Source of the DNA: an uncultured Candidatus Saccharibacteria bacterium
Lineage (GTDB): Bacteria; Patescibacteriota; Minisyncoccia; Phycocordibacterales; UBA918
Direction: 5' to 3'
Assembly: GCA_964469295.1 (NCBI GenBank)
Contig: CAYXYJ010000004.1
Coordinates: 17,557 to 81,556 of the forward strand
DNA length: 64,000 nt
Below the pieces are notes generated by a model. That model searched no databases. It was given only the letters and a program-made list of their open reading frames with translations, and was not told where the DNA came from. Each line of letters opens with the position of its first letter. Within the stretch, counting starts at the first letter, position 1. The translations under genes and the position numbers were made by a program. Positions 56,053 through 64,000 of the stretch are shown here, piece after piece.

Positions 56053-58707
56053 TTACGATGCTTCTTTAGCGGTTTGATTCGTATGAGTAACGAGGAGTGC
56101 AATCACCTCACGCATCGGCATGTCATCAGTGATATGCAAACCGGCGGTTCGGGCAGTAATCACCACTGCTGTATAAAAGGTATCAAACAAATCTGGGTCG
56201 AATTGGTGAATACCTAACTCTGTAACTCTTTCTGTCGGACCCATCAGAGCGATATCAGTCACGTTGCGTACGGAATAATCATTTAGTAAGCGATTATACT
56301 GTTCTTGTTTTTGTTCGTATTCTGCCCGCATCGGATTGAACATATTTGGAGCGACGCCAATTACTGCTTCCATAACATCCGCGTCACTGAATTTTTCGGC
56401 AACAACTGGCATTTCGGTCAAGGCAGTATGTCCAGAGCCACTTACCTTAAGACGTTCGGCAGTCTCTAATCGATTTTTGATGGCAGTATATAATTCCGTA
56501 ATGTCGACCACCTCTCCCGGTTCGGTAACGTCCCAATCACCGTGAATAAATCCTGATGTTTCCAGCCAGGAAGCATCAGTGGTCAAACGAGCAATTTCCT
56601 CGTTAATAATTCCTTCTCGCACTGATCCGGTAATCGTTGGGGCGATTACATCAAGTGCGTGACGCAGTTCTCGTTCCACCCACATGCCTTTGGTAATTGT
56701 CAGAACACCAAATCCAGGCGTCATCGACTCAGTATTTGTATCTGCCACTGGTACATCAATAACATTCTGTTGCGATAGTAACGTCGGCATCGTTTGCGTT
56801 ATTGACGCATCAGGGGTATGAGAGACAACGTTAGGTTCTTCCATCGGAATCGAAATATTTGGTAAAGAATCTATTATTGTCGCCGTGTCAGTTGATTCGG
56901 TAAATGGTTCAAGCCGAACATCAAGCGCTTCAATAACTGGAGAGATTAATGTTGCTGGTACATCGCCAACAACAACCGGGTCGGTGTCAACAATTGAAAT
57001 TGTTTGATCATGGGTAATTGACGGTTGGTTGATGATTGATTGTGGTTCATCAAGATTAACGGCAGTTGGCCACAACGCCAATGTAGCGGCCAAAAATTGC
57101 TTTCGGGTAAAAAAGGTTGGCACCAACCGTCGCCATGATCGAGCTTTTAACTGATTAGCCGTTCGATTATATTGATCTTCAATGAATTGAATACTGAGGT
57201 CGTGTGGATATTGACGTTTGGCATTTTTTAACGTTGCCAAGAACTCGTTTTCACTGACTTCCAAATGATTGCCACGTTGAATACTCCCGTTAATACGTTT
57301 AGCATCATGGCGAAATCTTTCTTCGGCAACGCGCAGGGTATCTATCATTTGCTGTTGTGATAGTACTCTGCTGTCAACAGTAGTTTCAGTCTTTGTCTCT
57401 TCACGACCAACACGACCAACTCTCCACCCCTCCGGCGACAATACCGATTTTGTAACAGCAGTCTTAGTAATTGTCTCTGGCGACACCGTCTCTATCGATT
57501 CCCTCTTCTTATTGATCCAACCATATCTATCACCAAATAAATGCGGGTACTTTTTGGCTAATACTTCTCTCGTGGGAGGCATGGCAGGGGCGACAACAGC
57601 GACATCCGAGACCACGTCTTCAATCTTCTCCGGATTGACTTTTAAAGCCAAATCTTCGTTTACTGCGATTTCTTGATCAGTTGTCGTTTCTGTATCTAAA
57701 TTCTCTCGACCAATCGATGATTGTGGCCAGGTATCGGTCGAATCGGTTGTAGCGACCACGACTGTTTGATGAGGATTATCCGTGGATTCATCAATACTAT
57801 ACGCTGCGATTTTTTCTCTTAACGCACCGCGTCGTTTCTTTAATTGTTCCATCCGCCACGGCACCTCGGTGTGCCATCCTTTACTCTGGAGGAGCGCCTC
57901 GACTTGCCTGAGTTCTTTTTGTAATGATTCAATCTGTAAAGCAGGTAGTTCACCCACATCGGTTGGCGCTTCGTCTGTGCGTAGACTAGCATCATCCACA
58001 TCGACTATTTCTATATTCTTGTCAGGAGTGTCGGCTGGATCAATTACTCTTTCGATAGATTCAACCGCTAAAGGGTCGGTGCGTAATTTTTTCACTAATT
58101 CTATGTATTGATGGCAATCAGCCAACAAGCGTTCGGCGCAACGTTCGTATCGTTGCAAACTGGTTTCTAATTTTTCGCCAGCTAGCCTATTTACAATAAA
58201 TGTATTAACGGTCGCTTCGGTCCACGCAATAGCTTGAAACTTCTTTTTTAGACGCAACAATAACTGTTGTTCAGTTGTATGGGGTGTATCCGTAGCATCA
58301 ATAGCTAATTCTTTCGTGACGGCACTCGTGTCATTAATGATGTCATCGAGAGCCTTTTCGACAGCACGGTACCGTTCTTTGGATTCTTCAATTTGCACAA
58401 CCCATCCATTGTGTTCACGAATCATTTCCTGATATTCGTTGTCTGACACAATAGTATTCAACTCCATCGCGACACGGTCTACGACAGTTTGGTTAGCTGG
58501 TGATTCGTCAATCGTTTCAAGGAATTGATCTAACTGCAATGATAGACGATCCATTATCGTTTTACTTTTTTTACTATGACGTGCACGAATGGAAAAATGT
58601 TCTTTAGTTATCAAAATTTTCCGTCTTAATGCATCAACGATACGTTCAATATTTTCAACAGATTCAGTTGGAGCAACAGAGTAATTTGTTTCAATACGAG
58701 TACCCAT
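56053..58707 (-). CDS. large hypothetical protein (884 aa)
   Basis: ORF only; no recognised motifs. Confidence 0.35.
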   Translation of the reverse strand: MGTRIETNYSVAPTESVENIERIVDALRRKILITKEHFSIRARHSKKSKTIMDRLSLQLDQFLETIDESPANQTVVDRVAMELNTIVSDNEYQEMIREHNGWVVQIEESKERYRAVEKALDDIINDTSAVTKELAIDATDTPHTTEQQLLLRLKKKFQAIAWTEATVNTFIVNRLAGEKLETSLQRYERCAERLLADCHQYIELVKKLRTDPLAVESIERVIDPADTPDKNIEIVDVDDASLRTDEAPTDVGELPALQIESLQKELRQVEALLQSKGWHTEVPWRMEQLKKRRGALREKIAAYSIDESTDNPHQTVVVATTDSTDTWPQSSIGRENLDTETTTDQEIAVNEDLALKVNPEKIEDVVSDVAVVAPAMPPTREVLAKKYPHLFGDRYGWINKKRESIETVSPETITKTAVTKSVLSPEGWRVGRVGREETKTETTVDSRVLSQQQMIDTLRVAEERFRHDAKRINGSIQRGNHLEVSENEFLATLKNAKRQYPHDLSIQFIEDQYNRTANQLKARSWRRLVPTFFTRKQFLAATLALWPTAVNLDEPQSIINQPSITHDQTISIVDTDPVVVGDVPATLISPVIEALDVRLEPFTESTDTATIIDSLPNISIPMEEPNVVSHTPDASITQTMPTLLSQQNVIDVPVADTNTESMTPGFGVLTITKGMWVERELRHALDVIAPTITGSVREGIINEEIARLTTDASWLETSGFIHGDWDVTEPGEVVDITELYTAIKNRLETAERLKVSGSGHTALTEMPVVAEKFSDADVMEAVIGVAPNMFNPMRAEYEQKQEQYNRLLNDYSVRNVTDIALMGPTERVTELGIHQFDPDLFDTFYTAVVITARTAGLHITDDMPMREVIALLVTHTNQTAKEAS

Positions 58708-58716
58708 AACTAGTCA

Positions 58717-61551
58717 CTACAGTATAGCATCAAGTGGCGGTAACGGTGCCGTTTCTTTTATGTACCGCACGGCAATTTCAGTTTCAACGTCGGCGCGTGG
58801 ACGACCATATCGTTGACTGCTCATTGTTTTCATCTCGTTTATTCGCCTTACATCAGGAGTTTGTGGTGGCATGGTTTTCACACTAAAAGGTTTTGTTGGC
58901 ACCCCATTAGCTAACATCCGCAAAAAGCAGTGATAATTAGGAACATTCATCAAATCATTCGCACCAAACACCGGCGCAAACTGGGTCTCCAAAAACGCTG
59001 CGTCATCCGATCCTACCCGAAAGGCGGCAAGCGACCCCACATTCCCAAAGACAGCGTTTTTAATCCCTTCGTCTAATTGGGCAATAAATTGATGCGCCAC
59101 CGTCAGCGATAATTTATATTTTCTAGCCTCAGATAAAATCGAGGAAATTGATGGTGTTGAAACATTTTGAAACTCATCAATGTGGAGGAAAAACGGCGCA
59201 AAATCCATCGCTGCATTATCCACCCGTGACAAAGCCGCCATTAATAATTTTCCAACAATAATCATCCCAATTAAATTGGCGTTTATTTCTCCAAGCCGAC
59301 CTTTTGATAAGTTTACCAACAGAATTTTCTTCTCATCCATAATCTGCCGGAAATTAAATGCGCTTTTTTCTTGACCAATAATTGGTCGCATGTAGTCGTT
59401 TGCCGTAAACACATCAAATTTTGACACGATGTACGGTACGATATTTTCGAGGGAGGCTTCCCCGCCAGCTTTCGTGGCAATCTCACGCCAAAATTGAACA
59501 ACGACGGGATTTTTGGCTTTTTCCAGCTTCATCCGACGATATTTAGCATCGGCCATCACCCGACTGATATCCATGAGCGTGTTACCACTCTGAGGATCTT
59601 CCATCACAAGGAGCGTCGCATTACGGAAATATTGTTCAAACATCGGCCCCATACTTTCTGGGTTGGCTCCGTATAACTTTTGAAAAATCGAAAACAATTC
59701 GTTAACAACAAAAGTTTTCTGCTCTGGTTTCGCCACATCGTATTCGAGCATATTAAGACCAATCGGCCGATCAAGATTTGATGGATCAAAATAAATCACG
59801 TCACCCGCCCGGTCTTCTGGAATATTCCCGAGCACCTGTTCAATATCGGTACCGTGCGGGTCAATCATACACACACCATGACCGGCCTGAATATCTTGAA
59901 TAATGAGGTTTTGCAAAAAGACCGACTTACCGGTTCCGGTTTGTCCAATCACATAAAAGTGTCTCATGCGATCCTTTTCCGTCATAAAGATATCCCGTTC
60001 AACATTGCGATGTTCATTGATACCCAACAACGTTCCTTGATCCGGCATATCAGTTGGTGCTGCCGCAGTATTAGCGTGTGATTGTTTGAATTGTGGCGAC
60101 GAAACAATACCATTTCCAGGGAAATGAATAATGGTCGCTAATTCAGTTTGATTCAGTAATACAGCAGTTTTAGGATTAAACTCACGAAATGAAAAGGCTT
60201 TTTCAGCGTTTCGTAATGCCGACCGGCGGTGGTGGGTAAAGGCAAATTGGTTGCCGGTCACGTGCGAATATTGATGAAACACGGCTTCAATTTCATGCAA
60301 AATTTGTTCAGCCCGTGTAGTCGATGTCGCGGACACAGCAATACGAATGTTTGTTTCAATGATATCACTTTGCAATTTTTCATTAAATTGCTCAATTGCT
60401 TCTTGATCTGGTTCTTTCACCTCATCTCCTTCACGTTTCTGATTATTAGAAAAAAACAACCCACCAACATCAGCAAACACATCACCGGTAAATGTACTCC
60501 GTTTGATTGCCTCTTTCGGTGACATACCCTTTTTAACCCGTTTGATAATATCATCGTAGGTCTGTCGTTTCGCAGTTCCCGCATGTCTGAACACAAATTG
60601 CACCGCAGCCCCCCCACCCTCTCGTTCAATTTTAGAAAAAGCATTCAGCAACACCGCCAGCGGATCACTTTTAAATGATTCGTGGGTGCGAATCGGATAA
60701 ATGGAATGTCTTGTTTGTGATAATTCTGACACCAAACTAACGCCATTATCAACAAAAATATTATAATCATGCACTTGTTCGGTCAGTACTGCATGCGGAA
60801 ATAATGATAGGGTTTGCTTTTCAAACAATGCCACATACGGTGTTGGTACCGCTGCATAAAATATAATATCGTCACTTTTGTCTGCTACAGCAATTTCCAG
60901 AGCGACATGGAAAGCAGAATCTTTAGCGGTGATGCTCCGTAATCCGGTATAAAGTTGTTCCATCATGCCAACTAATTCGCCCAACTGATATTCCCGATCA
61001 TCAGCATTTTTTAATTCGGGCAACATGACCTCAAATAACGTCATGTGCAACATTTGCCAGGGCGGCACTCCTTCACGCAAATCTTGGGTGGTACGACCTT
61101 GTTTGATCATTGTAATCAAATGACGGTGGACTTCATCAATCACATATGGATTATCGATCTTTTCCAGCACCGACAGAGCGTTCCGCACCCCTTTTTCTAC
61201 CGCAACAGTAAGGACTTCTTCAACTGGGTTATGGGTAGTGGTGATGTGGGCTTCAAGGCTCGCCAATTCGTGATCAGCAAACAATCTATCACCACTAACG
61301 ACGACCCGCGGCGTAAACATGCTATATTCCTGCAACTCCGCTTTGGCCACGCTGGCTAATTCTTCGTGATCAGCGTCTGGTTGCATTTGCAAAAGTTCTC
61401 GTTCACGTTCAGCAATTCGTGCACGCAAAAATTCAATCTCGGCTTCAGGTGAAGAAAATGGTTTTTGTGGAAAATTCTCACGCATATTTGTATACCTTAT
61501 GATACATGAGGAGGGGCGCCGTAGGCGCCCCTCCTTCCCCACCCCAACCAT
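58717..61551 (-). CDS. VirB4/TraC/HerA-like P-loop ATPase (FtsK-HerA superfamily; candidate type IV secretion / DNA-translocation ATPase); likely start MRENFPQKP
   Basis: Walker A YVIGQTGTGKS, Walker B FFLHIDEFQN, downstream LTVAHQ and FRVGSDD blocks typical of VirB4/VirD4-like ATPases; approx 500-aa N-terminal non-ATPase domain. Confidence 0.5.
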   Translation of the reverse strand: MVGVGKEGRLRRPSSCIIRYTNMRENFPQKPFSSPEAEIEFLRARIAERERELLQMQPDADHEELASVAKAELQEYSMFTPRVVVSGDRLFADHELASLEAHITTTHNPVEEVLTVAVEKGVRNALSVLEKIDNPYVIDEVHRHLITMIKQGRTTQDLREGVPPWQMLHMTLFEVMLPELKNADDREYQLGELVGMMEQLYTGLRSITAKDSAFHVALEIAVADKSDDIIFYAAVPTPYVALFEKQTLSLFPHAVLTEQVHDYNIFVDNGVSLVSELSQTRHSIYPIRTHESFKSDPLAVLLNAFSKIEREGGGAAVQFVFRHAGTAKRQTYDDIIKRVKKGMSPKEAIKRSTFTGDVFADVGGLFFSNNQKREGDEVKEPDQEAIEQFNEKLQSDIIETNIRIAVSATSTTRAEQILHEIEAVFHQYSHVTGNQFAFTHHRRSALRNAEKAFSFREFNPKTAVLLNQTELATIIHFPGNGIVSSPQFKQSHANTAAAPTDMPDQGTLLGINEHRNVERDIFMTEKDRMRHFYVIGQTGTGKSVFLQNLIIQDIQAGHGVCMIDPHGTDIEQVLGNIPEDRAGDVIYFDPSNLDRPIGLNMLEYDVAKPEQKTFVVNELFSIFQKLYGANPESMGPMFEQYFRNATLLVMEDPQSGNTLMDISRVMADAKYRRMKLEKAKNPVVVQFWREIATKAGGEASLENIVPYIVSKFDVFTANDYMRPIIGQEKSAFNFRQIMDEKKILLVNLSKGRLGEINANLIGMIIVGKLLMAALSRVDNAAMDFAPFFLHIDEFQNVSTPSISSILSEARKYKLSLTVAHQFIAQLDEGIKNAVFGNVGSLAAFRVGSDDAAFLETQFAPVFGANDLMNVPNYHCFLRMLANGVPTKPFSVKTMPPQTPDVRRINEMKTMSSQRYGRPRADVETEIAVRYIKETAPLPPLDAIL
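61510..61540. terminator. hairpin GGAGGGGCGCC-TACG-GGCGCCCCTCC after mreB paralogue
   Basis: perfect GC stem; no strong T-run. Confidence 0.5.
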
Positions 61552-61558
61552 CCTGTCA

Positions 61559-62704
61559 TTACCGCTTCGTCAAAATTGCCCGTTTATAGGTTGCCAGATG
61601 TTCAAGCGCCGTCCCAGTACCTTTAACGACACAAAATAACGCCTGATCAGCCAAGACCGCCTTGACGCCAGTGCGTCGCTTAATAAGTTCCGGGAAATTA
61701 CGTAATTGTGACGTACCGCCGGTCATAATAATACCCGCATCAATAATGTCCGATGCTAATTCCGGTGGCGTTTCTTGAAATACATCTTTAATAGCTTTCA
61801 CCATTTCGCGCAATTCTTTGCCAATGGCGCGAACGACTTCATTGGTTTTAATTTCAGTTGTTCGTGGCAATCCGGTAAATACATCTCGTCCTTTTAAATC
61901 CATGACTAATTCTTCCTCAAGTGGTAAGGCTGACCCAACGGTAATTTTTACGTCTTCAGCAGTTTTTTCACCAATGGCTAAATTACGTGATTTTTTAACA
62001 AAATCCACAATTGCCGCGTCAATGCGATTCCCGGCACATTTGACCGAATTAGCAGCCACAATGCCGCCAAGTGAAATAACCGCAACATCAATGGTACCGC
62101 CACCAATGTCAACAATCATATGACCCTCCGCGCCATAAATCGGTACTCCGGCACCAATAGCAGCTAAAATTGGTTCTTTGACGACATAGGCATTTTTAGC
62201 ACCAGCTTTCATGGTGGCTTCGACCACCGCTCGCCGTTCGGTCGATGACACGCCGGCTGGCACTGATACCATAACGTCTGGTTTAAACAAATTATATCGA
62301 CCAAGTGCTTTATTAAGAAAATAGCGCAACATCGCTTCAGTCACTCGGTAATCAGCGATGACACCATCTTTCATAGGACGATACGCTCGAATATTATCTG
62401 GGGTGCGACCAATCATTGCTTTGGCTTCTGCTCCAACTGCCAACACCGCATTATTATCTCCAACCGCCACCACCGACGGTTCATTTAATACAATGCCCTG
62501 ACCAGGCACGTATACCAAAACACTAGTTGTTCCCAAATCAATTCCAATTTTTGGACTAAAGCGATCAAACATAGAAAAAGTCACCCCCATAGTACGAGAG
62601 TTTGTACAGTGACGCAAATGACAGGTATATAGCATATATGCTATACTTGTAAATCTATGGACAATAACATTGGAAAACGCATCGCCGACATTCGTGAAGC
62701 ACAA
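61559..62704 (-). CDS. MreB/Mbl-family actin homologue (second paralogue); likely start MFDRFSPKIGIDLGTT at approx 62571
   Basis: GIDLGTT and DIGGGT motifs; GGGGGTGA RBS. Confidence 0.75.
   Translation of the reverse strand: MCFTNVGDAFSNVIVHRFTSIAYMLYTCHLRHCTNSRTMGVTFSMFDRFSPKIGIDLGTTSVLVYVPGQGIVLNEPSVVAVGDNNAVLAVGAEAKAMIGRTPDNIRAYRPMKDGVIADYRVTEAMLRYFLNKALGRYNLFKPDVMVSVPAGVSSTERRAVVEATMKAGAKNAYVVKEPILAAIGAGVPIYGAEGHMIVDIGGGTIDVAVISLGGIVAANSVKCAGNRIDAAIVDFVKKSRNLAIGEKTAEDVKITVGSALPLEEELVMDLKGRDVFTGLPRTTEIKTNEVVRAIGKELREMVKAIKDVFQETPPELASDIIDAGIIMTGGTSQLRNFPELIKRRTGVKAVLADQALFCVVKGTGTALEHLATYKRAILTKR
62628..62645. promoter_or_regulatory. perfect 18-bp palindrome TATAGCATATATGCTATA in the divergent mreB2 / HTH-murA intergenic region (candidate operator overlapping a -10)
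   Basis: seen directly; 12 nt upstream of the HTH ORF start. Confidence 0.45.
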
Positions 62705-64000
62705 GGGTTAACCCAAACCGATCTCGCCCGGAAAATCAAAACCACTCAATCGGCCATTGCCCGGATTGAAAGTGGCACCCAAAATATCACTACAGATATG
62801 CTAAAGAAAATTAGCGGTGCGCTGGGGAAAAATTTAGTAACGCTTTCACCGGGGAGCGTTAATGTGGTCATCGAAGGTAAGAAAAAATTGTCCGGTACAA
62901 TTGAAACCAACACTTCCAAAAACGGTGCGGTTGGACTGTTATGTGCATCACTCCTTAATCGGGGTACAACCACCCTGCATCGGATGCCTCGTATTGAAGA
63001 AGTGCATCGGATTATCGAGGTTCTTGAAAGCATTGGCATGCAAGTCACTTGGAGTGGTTCAACGATAACGTTAATTCCACCGAAAAAGTACAATCTTAAA
63101 AATATCGACGTGGAAGCTGCTCGCAAGACTCGTAGTATTGTCATGTTCATTGGTGCCTTGATTCACACTTTGCCGCAATTCTCATTACCGCAATCTGGTG
63201 GTTGTAAATTAGGAAGTCGCACGGTACGTCCACATTTTTATGCGCTAGAAAATTTTGGTGTTGCGATTGAAACAACTAATGATGCATTTAAAGTTTCGTA
63301 TGCTCCGGCATCACCAACAGAGATTGTCCTATACGAATCCGGTGATACTGTCACCGAAAATGTCTTGTTTGCGGCCGCCCGGCACAGTGGTACAACTACC
63401 ATAAAATATTGTTCGGCTAACTACATGGTACAAGAAATTTGTGTCTTTTTAGAAAAGCTTGGCGTCACCATTGAAGGTATTGGTACCACGACACTGACAG
63501 TGACTGGTGTTACTGATATCAATACCAATATCGAATACACACTGGCTGAAGACCCAACTGATAGTATGTTTTTTATTGCTGCTGCTATTGTCACTCATTC
63601 CAGCATCACGATCACCCGTTGTCCAATTGAATTTCTTGAACTGGAATTATTGGTACTTGAAAAAATGGGACTGGAATATACCATCAGCAAACCGTACATC
63701 GGCGCTAACGGTCAGATAAAACTCGTTGACATAAAAATCAAACCATCAACTTTATTAGCATCACCCGAGAAGATACACTCACGTCCGTATCCAGGGTTGA
63801 ATGCAGATAACTTACCATTTTTTGCCGTCATTGCTACCCAAGCCGAAGGTCAAACGTTAATTCATGATTGGATGTACGAAAAACGAGCGATTTATTTTAC
63901 TGAATTAGAAAAATTGGGAGCTGATACTGTCTTGGCTGATCCACATCGTATTTATATCACTGGACCAACCCCACTACGAGCAACCGAACTTATTTGTCCA
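62657..64000 (+). CDS. murA: XRE-family HTH domain fused in-frame to UDP-N-acetylglucosamine 1-carboxyvinyltransferase (MurA); 3' end beyond the window
   Basis: open reading frame with no stop from ATG 62657 to the window end (not in the ORF track because open-ended); residues 1-65 form an XRE HTH (GKRIADIREAQGLTQTDLARKIKTTQSAIARIESG); residues from approx 70 align with the MurA N-terminus (VVIEGKKKLSGTIETNTSKNGAVGLLCASLL...PRIEEV). Confidence 0.7.
   Translation, partial: MDNNIGKRIADIREAQGLTQTDLARKIKTTQSAIARIESGTQNITTDMLKKISGALGKNLVTLSPGSVNVVIEGKKKLSGTIETNTSKNGAVGLLCASLLNRGTTTLHRMPRIEEVHRIIEVLESIGMQVTWSGSTITLIPPKKYNLKNIDVEAARKTRSIVMFIGALIHTLPQFSLPQSGGCKLGSRTVRPHFYALENFGVAIETTNDAFKVSYAPASPTEIVLYESGDTVTENVLFAAARHSGTTTIKYCSANYMVQEICVFLEKLGVTIEGIGTTTLTVTGVTDINTNIEYTLAEDPTDSMFFIAAAIVTHSSITITRCPIEFLELELLVLEKMGLEYTISKPYIGANGQIKLVDIKIKPSTLLASPEKIHSRPYPGLNADNLPFFAVIATQAEGQTLIHDWMYEKRAIYFTELEKLGADTVLADPHRIYITGPTPLRATELICP

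Noticed and set aside
1-64000. CRISPR arrays and rRNA genes
   Set aside because: No regularly spaced short direct repeats and no rRNA-like conserved stretches were seen on manual reading of intergenic regions. The only regularly recurring repeat is the irregularly spaced island motif.

Overview
This window reads as a compact bacterial chromosome segment. It is about 40-45% GC, uses the standard code, is mostly minus-strand coding, and has many overlapping or abutting genes. It has four parts. (1) Positions 1-27400 carry housekeeping genes, identified from protein motifs. These are a HAD hydrolase, a Xer-type tyrosine recombinase, ung, rpmA (L27), a cyclophilin PPIase, rplI (L9), a CtpA protease, cysS, dnaB, recR, rplU (L21), rmuC, yqeY, truB, a glutaredoxin-DsbD-like fusion, a DUF45/YgjP hydrolase, a Pif1-like helicase and a FAD-linked oxidase. 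Several small GC-rich (55-60% GC) ORFan genes, each followed by a GC-rich hairpin, are interspersed among them. (2) Positions 27427-~36900 look like an integrated mobile element. A tRNA-Glu(UUC) gene overlaps the 3' end of a large serine recombinase gene. Next to it is a tight leftward operon: a small putative recombination directionality factor, a Rep_trans-like replication initiator, a DUF5659 protein and a 416-aa unknown. A rightward, cassette-like array of small unrelated genes follows. That array is punctuated by four copies of a conserved ~32-nt motif, two of them part of a ~93-nt dyad-symmetric unit. (3) Positions 37000-54500 carry cell-envelope and translation genes: a dcw cluster (mraZ-rsmH-ftsL-ftsI-murF with no murE), lysS, greA, mrdA-mreD-mreC-mreB, proS, rseP, frr and holB. 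(4) Positions 54482-64000 carry two large low-complexity ORFan proteins, a 944-aa VirB4/HerA-like P-loop ATPase, a second mreB paralogue, and an open-ended ORF that fuses an XRE-type HTH domain in-frame to MurA. The strongest leads are the repeat-punctuated cassette array inside the tRNA-associated island, the scattered GC-rich ORFan insertions, the HTH-MurA fusion with a perfect palindromic operator, a homopolymer frameshift in a MliC/META-domain gene, and the VirB4-like ATPase module. I ran no searches: every call rests on motifs I recognised in the translations or on structure seen directly in the nucleotides.
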